From: an uncultured Bacteroidales bacterium
Lineage (GTDB): Bacteria; Bacteroidota; Bacteroidia; Bacteroidales; VadinHA17
Assembly (NCBI GenBank): GCA_963736675.1
Contig: CAVTPT010000002.1
Location: 352,361-416,360, forward strand
DNA length: 64,000 nucleotides
Reading direction: 5' to 3'
Shown: piece after piece, positions 25,400 through 36,442 of the stretch
Numbering within the stretch: position 1 is the first letter of the stretch
Layout of the letters: each line of letters starts with the position of its first letter
Position numbers and translations under genes: made by a program
The notes under the pieces: generated by a model
What the model was told of the DNA's origin: nothing
What the model saw: only the letters and a program-made list of their open reading frames with translations
Database searches by the model: none

Positions 25400-28375
25400 T
25401 TAATACTTTATTCCCTTTTTCTTAGTCGAGTCATAAACAATCGACGAAGCAATAAATACCGAAGAGTAAGTCCCCACGACAATCCCTATTATCATGGCAA
25501 AAAGGAATCCCCTGATAGTTGCACCTCCGAAGAAGAACATCACAATAAGCACAAGGATCGTGGTCACCCCGGTATTCATGGTACGGCTAAGTGTATCATT
25601 CATTGCCAGATTGATAACCTCCTTGACAGGCCGTTTCCGGTGCAGCGGAAGGAACTCCCTCAGACGGTCAAAAACAACAACTGTATCATTAATGGAATAA
25701 CCTATCACGGTAAGTATTGCTGCAATAAAGGACTGATCCATTTCCATCGAAAAAGGCAGTATCCCCCATAGCAGTGAGTAAATCCCGATGACTATCATAA
25801 CGTCATGAGCAACAGCAACAAATGCCCCAAGTCCATACTGCCAGTTTCTGAAGCGCATGAAAATATAGAGGAACATAATTATCAGCGAGAGTCCCACGGC
25901 CCATACAGCCCTGGTTTTAATATCACTTGCTATTGTCGGCCCGACAGTTTCAGAACTCACCCTGTAATCGGAGAGAAACTCTTCTTTTGAAACATCGGCT
26001 CCTATCATACCCTTCAGACCATTGTAAAGTGCAGTTTCTATCTCATCGTCAACGCCTGTTTCATTAATCTTATATTTTGTGATGATCCTTACCTGATCTT
26101 CTTTACCGAAGGTAACAACCTGAGGCGCTTCACCAAAGGCACCGGTAAGGTTACGGGCGACATCTGCGGTCCTGACCGGTTCGTCAAACCTGATAACATA
26201 TGAACGTCCACCCGAAAAATCGATACCCGGATTGAGGCCTTTTATTACAAGAGATGCAATACCTATCACAGTGACAGCGATGGATATCGCATAAAAGATC
26301 TTTCTTTTCCCCATAAAATCGATATGGGTATTTTTAAGAATATTTGCCGTAATCTTAATTGAAAATGAAAGATCTGCATTTTTCTTAAGCAGCCTCTCAT
26401 AAATCAGACGGGTGATATAGATTGCACAGAACAGTGAAGTGAAAATACCAATTATGAGGGTCGTTGCAAAACCTTTGATAGGACCTGTTCCAAATAAATA
26501 AAGCACGACACCGGTAAGAAGGGTTGTAATGTTTGAGTCAAGAATAGCTGACAGGGAGCCTTTATAACCATCGGCAACAGCCAGTTTTATTCCCTTTCCC
26601 GCCCGCAGTTCTTCCCGGATCCGTTCATATATAAGCACATTCGCGTCGACCGACATACCCATCGACAATACAATACCTGCAATACCGGGTAAGGTAAGCA
26701 CGGCCCCGAGGGAAGTCGTCACTCCCATTATCAGGAAGACGTTTCCAAATAGTGCTATATCAGCAATTGTCCCGGCACTCTTGCTGTAATAAAATATCAT
26801 GTAAAGCAGTACAATTACAAAGGATATGAGGAATGATTTGACACCGGCATTAATAGCCTCTTTACCCAATGTAGGACCAACAACAGTATCAGATATTATT
26901 GTGGCCGGCGCCGGGAGTTTTCCCGATTTCAGTATGTTTGCAAGGTCGTCTGCTTCTTCTATGGTAAAATCACCTGTTATCTCAGTATTACCTCCTGTAA
27001 TCTCAACTTCAACCCGCGGGTAAGAGCGGACGTAACCATCGAGTACAACTGCAATACACCGGCCAATATTTTCACGTGTTATCCTTGCCCAGGTCTTGGC
27101 GCCTTCGGCATTCATCGTGAAATCAACCTGTACCTCCGATCCTGTTACTCCTGAGGAAGGTCTGGCTGATGTAATTACATCTCCGTTCAGGGGAGGACGT
27201 CCGTCGCGTGTAGTGACTTTTACTGCATGCAGTTCATAGAGTGTTCCTGTCGGATCATATTTATAAGGTTTCTGGCTCCAGAGAAGCCTCAGATCACGCG
27301 GGAAAACAGCCTTTACACGGTTCATGTTCAGAAACCTGTTCACCTTTGCCGTATCTATTCCGGCTGCAAGTCCGACCATGCTGGAGGGCAAGGGCTCTCC
27401 CTGCTCGGTGACACGCGGATTAAGTATCCCGAACAAAGGATTCTGAATATTGAACTCTTCCCGGTTTGCAGCAGGTGCAGGTTGTGTGGAATCTGTTTCA
27501 ATGAGATCAAGTAGCGACTGATCTCCCTTTGTTGAATCAGCTGCAGCCGTTTCCTCTCCCGAAACCGCTGTTATTGTGTCGCTGACAATAGTGTTTGCCT
27601 GTATATCTCTCAGGAGGTTATTTGCCTCTGCAAGGTAATTTATTATCTCAGCATTCTCGTAAGTCTCCCAGAATTCAAGGTTGGCAGTCCCCTGAAGGAG
27701 TTCACGTACCCTGGTCGCATCATCCTGTCCCGGAAGTTCGATGAGTATACGGCCTGCGGTAGACATCGTTGAGATGTTTGGCGATACAACCCCAAAACGG
27801 TCGATCCTTGAGCGAAGGATATTAAAGGCATTTTCAATGGCTGATGCTATCTCATCGTCGAGAACCTTCAGAACATCATCATTTGAAGAATTGAAATTTA
27901 TCTTATCCCTGAGTTCTACAGTTCCGAATATTGCAGCAAGACTTGCATTAGGATCATTTTCCTGGAATGCCCTTCCAAAATATGTAAGAAAATCTGTCTG
28001 GCTCTGATTCTGGTATAGCTTCCTGGCCTGAAGCAATGCATCGTTAAAAGACTTATCAGTACTATAGTTCGAGAGTGCTTTTAAAATATCTTCAACAGAG
28101 ACTTCAAGTATTACGTTCATACCTCCCTTGAGGTCGAGACCAAGATTTATCTCTTTTTTCTGAACTTCCTTAAAAGTATTGCCAAGGTAACTCCATTCAT
28201 CCTCCGGTAATGCATTTATCGAATCTATATAAGCGCGTTGTTTTACCAGGTCGCCCTGCGAATATTCTTTTGCCTCTTTTCTGACTTTATAAGCTGCACC
28301 GGTAAATGAAAGCTGGTAAATCGATACCAGCGCCAATGCAATTGCAAGAATAATAATAGCTGCTTTGTTTTGCAT
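25400..28375 (-). CDS. secDF: Fused protein-export membrane protein SecDF
   Basis: 991 aa. SecD-type periplasmic domains are followed by two 6-TM blocks (GIAGIVLSMGMSVDANVLIYERIREE and IGYSINDTVVVFDRLRE). Confidence 0.9.
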   Translation of the reverse strand: MQNKAAIIILAIALALVSIYQLSFTGAAYKVRKEAKEYSQGDLVKQRAYIDSINALPEDEWSYLGNTFKEVQKKEINLGLDLKGGMNVILEVSVEDILKALSNYSTDKSFNDALLQARKLYQNQSQTDFLTYFGRAFQENDPNASLAAIFGTVELRDKINFNSSNDDVLKVLDDEIASAIENAFNILRSRIDRFGVVSPNISTMSTAGRILIELPGQDDATRVRELLQGTANLEFWETYENAEIINYLAEANNLLRDIQANTIVSDTITAVSGEETAAADSTKGDQSLLDLIETDSTQPAPAANREEFNIQNPLFGILNPRVTEQGEPLPSSMVGLAAGIDTAKVNRFLNMNRVKAVFPRDLRLLWSQKPYKYDPTGTLYELHAVKVTTRDGRPPLNGDVITSARPSSGVTGSEVQVDFTMNAEGAKTWARITRENIGRCIAVVLDGYVRSYPRVEVEITGGNTEITGDFTIEEADDLANILKSGKLPAPATIISDTVVGPTLGKEAINAGVKSFLISFVIVLLYMIFYYSKSAGTIADIALFGNVFLIMGVTTSLGAVLTLPGIAGIVLSMGMSVDANVLIYERIREELRAGKGIKLAVADGYKGSLSAILDSNITTLLTGVVLYLFGTGPIKGFATTLIIGIFTSLFCAIYITRLIYERLLKKNADLSFSIKITANILKNTHIDFMGKRKIFYAISIAVTVIGIASLVIKGLNPGIDFSGGRSYVIRFDEPVRTADVARNLTGAFGEAPQVVTFGKEDQVRIITKYKINETGVDDEIETALYNGLKGMIGADVSKEEFLSDYRVSSETVGPTIASDIKTRAVWAVGLSLIIMFLYIFMRFRNWQYGLGAFVAVAHDVMIVIGIYSLLWGILPFSMEMDQSFIAAILTVIGYSINDTVVVFDRLREFLPLHRKRPVKEVINLAMNDTLSRTMNTGVTTILVLIVMFFFGGATIRGFLFAMIIGIVVGTYSSVFIASSIVYDSTKKKGIKY

Positions 28376-28487
28376 CTCTCTTCTTTTTGGATTATTTCGA
28401 TCTTATTTTCTGAATATTCTTTTGTTGAGGCGCAAAGATATTAAATTTTTATAAAAACCTTTTACAATTATCAGCATGAATAGAGAT

Positions 28488-28521
28488 AAAAAAAAAGGGC
28501 CAGCCTCTTAAGACCTGACCC
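28488..28521 (-). terminator. Rho-independent terminator after the TolC-family gene
   Basis: The minus strand reads GGGTCAG-gtcttaagagg-CTGGCCC (one G-U pair) followed by T9, about 27 nt after the stop at 28548. Confidence 0.6.
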
Positions 28522-28547
28522 TGAAATCTGACTGTAATATATACTGG

Positions 28548-30047
28548 TTAATCGAGAAGCATGTCATAATCTGTTTCAATGGGCTTCCTGTTAACAAAGT
28601 CGTACAGTGCAAGTGACCGGATGTTATAAAAGTAATTCCAGTAATTCTGCAATGCCTGAACGTAAGCCCTTTTGTTGGTATCTTTTCTTGTATCAGCGTT
28701 ATTCAGGTCGAGAACAGCTATTTTCCCGATCAGGAACCTGGCTTTGGTCACTTCGTACATCTTCATAGCCACAGTATCTGATTTGGCTGCTATTGCTACC
28801 TGCTGGGCCTGCAGGTTAAACTGGTCCACGTCAAGAAGAAGATTCTGTTCAAAATCGTTGACCGCCTGATCTGACTGGACCTGAGCAAGTTCAAGACTTG
28901 ACACTGCCATTTTATATCTTCCACGCCCCAGTCCCCAGTCCAGGATTGGCATGGTAACTCCCAACCTGATGCTCTGCTGCTGATTCGACTGGGCATAAGC
29001 CAGATCAAAATCTGAGTCCTGGTCCCTTGTTCCGAACGAAGCGACCAGATTGGCATTCAGCCCCTTCTCAGCTTTGGCCTGCGCCACACTGCTCTGTGCA
29101 TTAAGTATAGTGAGTTGCTGGGTAAGTATCTCAGGGTTATTTGCCATTGCCATATCAAGTACCTCCTGCGAATTAACCTGCAGCTCGGGTATCTCATTTG
29201 GGATTACCAGTTCAAGTCTCACGTTATCGTTAAATCCCAGGAATGACCTCAATCTGATCTCCCTGTCCCTCAGGTTCATCTCAGCTTCTGCCCTTGCAGT
29301 CTGGGAGTTGAGCCACGAAAGCTGCATCTGAAGCAATTCGTCTTCTGCAATTGTACCGAGCTCATACCTTCCCTGTGCCATCCTGAAAAGTGTATCTGAG
29401 TTTGAGTAGTTCATTTCGGCTATCTGAGTATTTATCTGGGCCAGGGCAAGCGAAAAGAAATACGATACAGCCTGGGAATGGACCGACTCCATGTTGGAGA
29501 GAAATGTCTTTTTTGCAGTTTCATATTTCAATGGTTCGGTCTTTTTCTGCCATTTAAGGGAATTATATCTGAATAACGGCTGAGTCAGTCCAATGCTTAC
29601 CGGTACGGTAATATAGTTGCGGCTATCTTTCTCAAAATCGTTTTCAAGGGTAAGATCCGAATTAAGGGAGATAGTACCACCTGTTAATCCAATATTTTGC
29701 GAAAGTGCCAAAGATCCGATGTTACGCATTACATTTGTGGATTTGTAATCCCATTGTTCTGTAAATGAGTTCCATACTCTCTCGTATGCAGTACTGTAAT
29801 ACGGAGTTGTTCCGGTGAACGTAAGTGATGGTCTGTATTCTGCCACAAATGTCCTGTATGACCAGTAGCTTGCGCGAAACCGGTGCTTTGCCATAAGGGC
29901 ATTCGGGGAATTCTCCTCAGCAGTCTTGATAACATCATCCAGAGAGAGTCTTTTTACTTCCTGGGCTACTGATTCGGGTTGTGAAATAAGGAATAAACCT
30001 ATCGACAATAATAAAATTAACTTCTTCATTTTAAATTTTTTATTCAT
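28548..30047 (-). CDS. TolC-family outer-membrane efflux protein
   Basis: Signal peptide and two tandem OEP-type coiled-coil/barrel repeats; overlaps the upstream permease gene by 8 nt. Confidence 0.8.
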   Translation of the reverse strand: MNKKFKMKKLILLLSIGLFLISQPESVAQEVKRLSLDDVIKTAEENSPNALMAKHRFRASYWSYRTFVAEYRPSLTFTGTTPYYSTAYERVWNSFTEQWDYKSTNVMRNIGSLALSQNIGLTGGTISLNSDLTLENDFEKDSRNYITVPVSIGLTQPLFRYNSLKWQKKTEPLKYETAKKTFLSNMESVHSQAVSYFFSLALAQINTQIAEMNYSNSDTLFRMAQGRYELGTIAEDELLQMQLSWLNSQTARAEAEMNLRDREIRLRSFLGFNDNVRLELVIPNEIPELQVNSQEVLDMAMANNPEILTQQLTILNAQSSVAQAKAEKGLNANLVASFGTRDQDSDFDLAYAQSNQQQSIRLGVTMPILDWGLGRGRYKMAVSSLELAQVQSDQAVNDFEQNLLLDVDQFNLQAQQVAIAAKSDTVAMKMYEVTKARFLIGKIAVLDLNNADTRKDTNKRAYVQALQNYWNYFYNIRSLALYDFVNRKPIETDYDMLLD

Positions 30048-31431
30048 ATCTTAATGATTCTATCGGATCTTTTTCAGATGCTCTTTTTGCAGGAGAATAA
30101 CCAAAAATTACTCCAACAGCTGCCGAAACACCGAAAGCTATAAATACCGAGAAAAACGAAACCAGGGTCATAATACCGGCGATCTGCTCGATCAGTTTCG
30201 CCATGATAACCCCCAGGAATATTCCGATAAAGCCTCCCGTAACACTTATGAGGACAGCCTCAGAAAGGAACTGAACCACGATATCCATTTTTTGTGCCCC
30301 GATGGCCATCCTGGTGCCAATCTCCTTTATTCTTTCCATAACTGATGCGAACATGATGTTCATAATCCCGATACCTCCTACGATCAGCGAGATACTGGCT
30401 ATAGCACCAAGCACAATATTGAAAATATCCTTGGTTCTCTGCTGTTGTTTCAGAAGCAGTTCCGGTACGGTTATCTCAAAATCTTTTACATTTGTGTGAC
30501 GCCTGGTAAGCATACGGCTGATGGTCTCGGTAGTAGGATTAAGCTGTTCGGTCTCATTAACCTGGACCACTATTCTGTCAAGCTGGTTATAATTTGTTTC
30601 CACATCGGCAGCGGCATCAGAACTGCTTACAACAACTCTCGCCATTCCTCCACCGCCCCCCGGGCCTCCGCCAAATATCTGTATATTCGAAGAAGCTTCA
30701 GAAACAAGTTTAGTATTCAGTAAAGCCCTGTTCTGGTATCTTAAGAGCATTGTCTGAATGGGAATATAGATGTTGTCGTTGTACACATTCACACCTTTCT
30801 CTTCAAATCCGGTCAGGCTGACATTTGTCTTCTGAAGAACTCCAATAACCTTCAGCCAGATACCATTAAACTTTATATACTGTCCGATAGGGTCTATTTT
30901 GCTGAAGAATTTAGCCCTGATATTTGCACCTATTATGCACACCTGGATCCCGTTCTCTTCCTGGTAATCATTGAAGAATGCGCCCGAGACAAGAGGAAGG
31001 TTATATAAATAGAAATAGTCATTTGAAACTCCAACAAGCTTAGCTGTATACTTTATACCGTTCAACATAGCCGTAGAGTTAAATGATATCTCCGGGCTGA
31101 TCCTTTTTACAGAAGGCAATGTTTCTTTGATCGCCTCCACATCCAGCATATTCAGACCTCTCGAGAATTTCTTCTGTTGTTTCTCTCCCTCATCCGTTGA
31201 AGAAGATTTATCGGGTATGATCGGGTTGATAAGAATATTGTTCACCCCGACCATTTTCATTTGCTCCATGATCTCCTGCTTTGCTCCTTTACCAATAGCG
31301 AGCATTGCGATAACTGCAGCCACTCCGAAAATAATCCCAAGCGCAGTAAGCATTGATTTAAGCTTGTTGGAAATAATCGATTCAACCGCAATTTCAATAT
31401 CATGAAAATATCTGAAGAAGAATTTTAACAT
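30040..31431 (-). CDS. MacB/FtsX-type ABC transporter permease with a periplasmic domain
   Basis: An N-terminal TM segment, a large periplasmic domain and a C-terminal FtsX 3-TM block (IGIMNIMFASVMERIKEIGTRMAIGA). A Gly run GGGPGGGGGM lies in the periplasmic part. Confidence 0.8.
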   Translation of the reverse strand: MLKFFFRYFHDIEIAVESIISNKLKSMLTALGIIFGVAAVIAMLAIGKGAKQEIMEQMKMVGVNNILINPIIPDKSSSTDEGEKQQKKFSRGLNMLDVEAIKETLPSVKRISPEISFNSTAMLNGIKYTAKLVGVSNDYFYLYNLPLVSGAFFNDYQEENGIQVCIIGANIRAKFFSKIDPIGQYIKFNGIWLKVIGVLQKTNVSLTGFEEKGVNVYNDNIYIPIQTMLLRYQNRALLNTKLVSEASSNIQIFGGGPGGGGGMARVVVSSSDAAADVETNYNQLDRIVVQVNETEQLNPTTETISRMLTRRHTNVKDFEITVPELLLKQQQRTKDIFNIVLGAIASISLIVGGIGIMNIMFASVMERIKEIGTRMAIGAQKMDIVVQFLSEAVLISVTGGFIGIFLGVIMAKLIEQIAGIMTLVSFFSVFIAFGVSAAVGVIFGYSPAKRASEKDPIESLRYE

Positions 31432-31492
31432 ATCATTTCGATTTAGAAAACGTTGTTACTTATGCTTAATTAATAACCGGTAAGACTCTCTA

Positions 31493-33067
31493 TTATTGTC
31501 CCTCTTCCTGGGTCACTGGTCTTCTTGGCTGTTGTCCGGTCTGTCCTCCGGGGGCTCCTCCCTGCTGGGTACCATTATTACGCTGGTTCATCATTCTTCT
31601 CATTGCAGCTGAATCCATTTGTCTTCCTCCGGCTCCGGGAGCGCCAGCTGGCATAGTACCTCTCATATTCTGAAACCGCTCCATCATCTCAGGTGTCATC
31701 TCGCCGCCCATACCGCCCGGCATCATGCCTGGTCTTGTCTGGCTGGCTCTTTCAGCCTCTTCTCTTAGTCTCTTTTCTTCTTCCTTTTTGGCTTTTGCCA
31801 CTTCCCTGTTTACGGCAATAAGCTCTTCACCTGCGATTTTAAAACCTTCGGGATTCTCAGGATTACTGAGATATATTACATCCCCCACCTCAAGACCCTG
31901 CTCAACTACCACATTATTCTCATTGGATTCGCCCATAACAATAATCTGTTTTTTCTTATCCTTGGTATAAACAAAGGGGATACTGTCGGCACCGGACTGA
32001 ACGCACTCGAGAGGAATATATAAAACATCATTGATTGATTTGGTAACGATACTGTTGCCTGTTGTCATCGAAGGTTTCAGGATCGGATCTGATCCGTCGA
32101 CCTTAATGGTAACTTCAAAAACCTTTGCATCGGCGCTGGGAAGCTGCTCCCCGATATTTGCTACTGATATTACCTGGCCGGTATATGACCGTTCAGGGAA
32201 TGCATCTACAATAATGTCCACTTTCTGTCCTATTGTTACCTTGCTGACATCAATCTCATTCACATATGTTTTTGAGATCATGGTCGACATATCGGGAAGA
32301 GTGGCAACAACGTTATCCCATGGGGATACCGATGATCCGACTTTCCTTTTGGCCCCGGTACGGTCTCTTTTATAAATTACCATACCGTCGGAAGGGGCAG
32401 TAATATCAAATTTCGAAAGCAGGTTCTCAATGTCTGACACTCTCTGGCGCTGTTCAACCAGATTGTTTCTGATAGTCTTCATATCTGACCTTGCCTGCTC
32501 AACTCTCAGTGAATAACCTTTGATGGCCTGCTCAAGTGATCGCTCAGCCTTATCCAGTGAAATTTCTGCCTGACGGATGGTTGTCGGTGGTTCATATTTC
32601 GACTGCTGAAGGGTAATTGTAGCTTCCTCAACTGAGAACCTCAGGTTTTTTATGTTGTCCCGTAAATTACTCAGGGTAACTGCAGTATCAAGCATTTTAA
32701 CCTCAAGGTTAGTCTCCATTGTGACAAGCCTTTCCAGTTCATCCTTCAGATTGTTGTCGAAAGTTGTCCGGTCAAGGGTAGCCACAAAATCACCGGCTTT
32801 TACTTCTGTACCCTCTGGTACAAGGTCGGTAATCTTAATATCCATAGCCCTGATATTCCTGCTCTGTGTAAACTCAGGTCCTGTTATATCAGTCGAATTC
32901 TCTGCCTGCAATTCACCGGTAGTTGTGACAACAATGTCAAATTGTCCTTTCTGTGCTTCGGCGTAAAGGTTGGCAATATCTTTCTTTTTTGACGCGCTGC
33001 CAATAATAATCAGTATGATTATCGCCAAAACTGCAACAATACCTGTAATAATAATTGATTTTTTCAT
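31493..33067 (-). CDS. HlyD/MacA-type periplasmic adaptor subunit with a Met/Gly/Pro-rich C-terminal tail
   Basis: Membrane anchor, coiled-coil hairpin and beta-barrel domains. The last ~90 aa are low-complexity (RPGMMPGGMGGEMTPEMMERFQNMRGTMPAG...). Confidence 0.8.
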   Translation of the reverse strand: MKKSIIITGIVAVLAIIILIIIGSASKKKDIANLYAEAQKGQFDIVVTTTGELQAENSTDITGPEFTQSRNIRAMDIKITDLVPEGTEVKAGDFVATLDRTTFDNNLKDELERLVTMETNLEVKMLDTAVTLSNLRDNIKNLRFSVEEATITLQQSKYEPPTTIRQAEISLDKAERSLEQAIKGYSLRVEQARSDMKTIRNNLVEQRQRVSDIENLLSKFDITAPSDGMVIYKRDRTGAKRKVGSSVSPWDNVVATLPDMSTMISKTYVNEIDVSKVTIGQKVDIIVDAFPERSYTGQVISVANIGEQLPSADAKVFEVTIKVDGSDPILKPSMTTGNSIVTKSINDVLYIPLECVQSGADSIPFVYTKDKKKQIIVMGESNENNVVVEQGLEVGDVIYLSNPENPEGFKIAGEELIAVNREVAKAKKEEEKRLREEAERASQTRPGMMPGGMGGEMTPEMMERFQNMRGTMPAGAPGAGGRQMDSAAMRRMMNQRNNGTQQGGAPGGQTGQQPRRPVTQEEGQ

Positions 33068-33265
33068 CGAGATTATACTTATTTATATTTATTGTATGCT
33101 GGTAAAATTCTATAATTCACTTATAACTGCTACAAAATTATTAATTAGAGCTTCAATCCGGGCCTGCTTAACATACTTTAACATCAACAGGAGCCTTTTG
33201 TTTATGTTCTTAAGACATTCATCCGGGTATATTTATTCCGGAGATTTAAAAAAAATGAAAAAGTA

Positions 33266-34648
33266 TTAGAGTTTTTTAACAATCCTGATAACATTTTCTG
33301 CCAGGTTCTCTGCCCCTGAAACAGACTTCTCTTCTGCATATATCCGCATGATCGGTTCAGTATTGGATTTCCTGATCTGAACCCAGCCATCCTTCAAACT
33401 GATCTTCATTCCATCTCTCTCATCAATTTCATTTCCCTGAAAATATTTCCTGACTTCGTCAAGAATAATTCCGAAATCAATATCGGGGGAGAGTGCGAGC
33501 TTCTTTTTTGCAATGACATATTCAGGATAAGTTTTTCGCAACGAACTGCATGTCATCCCGCTCTTTGCCAGATGTGTAAGGAAAAGAGCAATGCCTGCCA
33601 GAGCATCGCGCCCATAATGCAGGACGGGATATATTACCCCGCCGTTACCTTCACCGCCTATTACAGCATTGCATCGTTTCATCTCATTTACCACGTTAAC
33701 TTCTCCCACCGCTGCCGAAAAACAGGTGCCTCCATATGCCTCGGTAACATCCTTAAGGGCCCTTGTGGATGAAAGATTTGATACAGTGTTGCCCGGTGTA
33801 TGTTTCAGGATATAATCCGATATAGCCACCAGGGTGTATTCCTCTCCGAACATTGTACCATCCTCGCAGATAAATGCCAGCCTGTCGACGTCAGGGTCTA
33901 CAACAAATCCGACATCAGCCTTCTCCTTCCTGGTGAGTTCCGAAATCTCTTCAAGGTTCTGCGGAAGAGGTTCCGGGTTGTGAGCAAAATTTCCGTCAGG
34001 TATAGAATTAAGCAAAATAACATTTTTTACTCCCAGAGCTTCAAGAAGGTCCGGAAGAATTATTCCTCCTACCGAATTTATACAGTCAACTGTTACAGAA
34101 AATCCGGCAGCTTTTATGGCATTTACATCGACCAGTTTCAGATCAAGTATCATGTCAATATGTTTTTTAGCCCACGACCTGTCTTCTTTGACTGAACCGG
34201 CCATATCGACTCCGGCAAAATTGAAATCCTCTCTTTCTGCAATCTCAAGCACCTCCGCGCCATCCATCGCCGAGAGGAACTCTCCCCTTTCATTGAGGAG
34301 CTTCAGTGCATTCCATTCAGCCGGATTATGACTTGCCGTGACAATAATTCCACCATCCGATCCTGTGCCTGTCACCGCAATTTCAACTGTGGGCGTTGTT
34401 GCAGGTCCCAGGTCGGTAATATCAATACCAAGGCTGCTCAGTGTAAGGTTGACCAGGCTGTTGACCATACTTCCCGATTTTCGGGCATCACGGCCGGTTA
34501 CAACCTTTAGTTTTTCTTTATTATGCCGTCTTTTCAGCCATGTGCCATAAGCAGCCGAAAACTTTACTATGTCGACCGGGGTCAGAGCCTCGCCGGGCTT
34601 TCCTCCGATTGTACCACGAATTCCTGAGATGGATTTAATGAGTGTCAT
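33266..34648 (-). CDS. glmM: Phosphoglucosamine mutase / phosphohexomutase
   Basis: The active-site loop VTASHNPAEWNALK contains the phosphoserine. DPDVDRL is the metal-binding loop. Confidence 0.8.
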   Translation of the reverse strand: MTLIKSISGIRGTIGGKPGEALTPVDIVKFSAAYGTWLKRRHNKEKLKVVTGRDARKSGSMVNSLVNLTLSSLGIDITDLGPATTPTVEIAVTGTGSDGGIIVTASHNPAEWNALKLLNERGEFLSAMDGAEVLEIAEREDFNFAGVDMAGSVKEDRSWAKKHIDMILDLKLVDVNAIKAAGFSVTVDCINSVGGIILPDLLEALGVKNVILLNSIPDGNFAHNPEPLPQNLEEISELTRKEKADVGFVVDPDVDRLAFICEDGTMFGEEYTLVAISDYILKHTPGNTVSNLSSTRALKDVTEAYGGTCFSAAVGEVNVVNEMKRCNAVIGGEGNGGVIYPVLHYGRDALAGIALFLTHLAKSGMTCSSLRKTYPEYVIAKKKLALSPDIDFGIILDEVRKYFQGNEIDERDGMKISLKDGWVQIRKSNTEPIMRIYAEEKSVSGAENLAENVIRIVKKL

Positions 34649-34721
34649 TTCTGTTTCTTTTTAAGAGGTACAAAGGTGCAAAAATATCTTCAAATCATTA
34701 TATTGGCAAATAATTGTACCT

Positions 34722-35537
34722 TTGCACCCTGATAAATTATTCATAATGGTAAACAGGAAGCGGGAGGATAACCGGTCCGGGGGGAAATCAAGGCCGGCTG
34801 AAAAACCGGGGAAACAGTTAACAACGCCGGTACGTCTTAACAGATTCATTGCCAACAGCGGTACCTGTTCACGTCGCGAAGCTGATGAACTTATTCAGAA
34901 TGGTTTTATTAGTGTTAACGGGAAAATCGTTACAGACCTCGGGACAAAAGTCTCGAATGATGACGATGTGCAATACAAAAACAAGAAGCTCTCAGCAGAA
35001 AAGAAAGTATATATTGTGATGAATAAGCCTAAAGGCTTTGTTACAACAGTCGAAGATCCCCATGCCGATCATACCGTTCTTGAAATTATCGGTGATGCAT
35101 GCCACGAAAGAGTTTACCCTGTGGGAAGACTCGACAAGGCGACAACAGGAGTTCTGTTGCTTACAAACGACGGGGATCTTACAGGGAAACTGACCCATCC
35201 GAAGTACGAAAGGAAAAAGATATATCACGTGTTCCTCGACCGGCAGGTCACAAAAAACGACCTCTTTACACTGACCGAAGGTGTTGAACTTGATGGTGAA
35301 ATTGTTACAGCCGATGCTGTTTCATATGCCGATCCTGAAGACAGAAGTCAGATAGGGATCGAACTGCATTCAGGAAAAAACAGGGTGATAAGGAGAATCT
35401 TTGAATCGCTGGGATATAAGGTGAAAAAACTTGACAGAGTTTATTTTGCGGGTCTCACCAAAAAGAATCTCCCCCGCGGGAAATGGAGATTCCTTACAGA
35501 CAAGGAAATCAACATGCTTAAAAGAGGGATATTTTAA
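34722..35537 (+). CDS. RsuA/RluB-family pseudouridine synthase with an S4 domain
   Basis: RLNRFIANSGTCSRREADELI is the S4 domain and VYPVGRLDKATTGVLLLTNDGDL contains the catalytic Asp. The start may be the internal ATG at 34746. Confidence 0.8.
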   Translation: MHPDKLFIMVNRKREDNRSGGKSRPAEKPGKQLTTPVRLNRFIANSGTCSRREADELIQNGFISVNGKIVTDLGTKVSNDDDVQYKNKKLSAEKKVYIVMNKPKGFVTTVEDPHADHTVLEIIGDACHERVYPVGRLDKATTGVLLLTNDGDLTGKLTHPKYERKKIYHVFLDRQVTKNDLFTLTEGVELDGEIVTADAVSYADPEDRSQIGIELHSGKNRVIRRIFESLGYKVKKLDRVYFAGLTKKNLPRGKWRFLTDKEINMLKRGIF

Positions 35538-35546
35538 TCAGAAGGG

Positions 35547-36425
35547 ATGGGACACAGATCAGGTTTTGTAAATATCGTCGGTAATCCGAATGTGGGGAAA
35601 TCCACAATAATGAATGCCCTTGTCGGGGAAAAGCTTTCAATTATTACACCGAAGGCCCAGACAACGCGTCACAGGATTATGGGCATTGTTAATGGTGACG
35701 ATTTCCAGATAGTATATTCCGATACTCCGGGTATCCTCAAGCCCAGATATAAGCTTCAGGAATCAATGATGAACTTTGTCAATATAGCGCTTAACGATGC
35801 GGATATAATTCTTTACGTTACTGATGTTACTGAAAAAGAGGAGAATACCATTGAATATCCTGATAAAATAAAAAGTTCCGGAATACCGGTGATTGTTGCG
35901 GTAAATAAGATTGACCTGAGTAACCAGCAGGAACTTGAGACCATTACCGGAACCTGGGAAAAGATTTTTCCCGGCTCACCTGTTATCCCTCTTTCGGCAC
36001 TTAAAGGTTTTAACCTCGACACTCTTCTTAATGCGGTGCTCAGCCGGTTGCCGCAGGGTGAACCCTATTTCCCAAAAGATCAGCTGACTGATAAATATGA
36101 ACGATTCTTTGCGTCCGAGATAATCCGTGAGAAAATTCTTCTGCATTACCAGAAAGAGATCCCCTATTCTGTAGAGATAGAAATTGAAAGTTTTACCGAG
36201 GAAGAAAAACTCTACAGGATAAGAGCTCTGATTCATGTTACCCGGGATAGCCAGAAAGGAATCATTATCGGCCATAAAGGTTCGAAACTTAAGAGGGTAG
36301 GAACTGAAGCCCGTAAGGATATGGAAGATTTTTTTGGCCGGAAGGTATTTCTTGAGATGTATGTTAAGGTCAGCAAGGACTGGCGGGAAAAGTCTCCGAT
36401 GCTTAAAAGGTTCGGATACCGTTAA
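35547..36425 (+). CDS. era: GTPase Era
   Basis: [13 protein letters not shown] and NKID, plus a C-terminal KH domain ([13 protein letters not shown]). Confidence 0.9.
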   Translation: MGHRSGFVNIVGNPNVGKSTIMNALVGEKLSIITPKAQTTRHRIMGIVNGDDFQIVYSDTPGILKPRYKLQESMMNFVNIALNDADIILYVTDVTEKEENTIEYPDKIKSSGIPVIVAVNKIDLSNQQELETITGTWEKIFPGSPVIPLSALKGFNLDTLLNAVLSRLPQGEPYFPKDQLTDKYERFFASEIIREKILLHYQKEIPYSVEIEIESFTEEEKLYRIRALIHVTRDSQKGIIIGHKGSKLKRVGTEARKDMEDFFGRKVFLEMYVKVSKDWREKSPMLKRFGYR

Positions 36426-36442
36426 TAGCGACAAAAAATTAT

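Noticed and set aside
24124-33067. The ABC ATPase at 24124 and the MacB-type permease at 30040 could form a split operon.
   Set aside because: Two terminators (25349-25379 and 28488-28521) and tatA/secDF lie between them. The pairing is possible but nothing in the sequence supports it.
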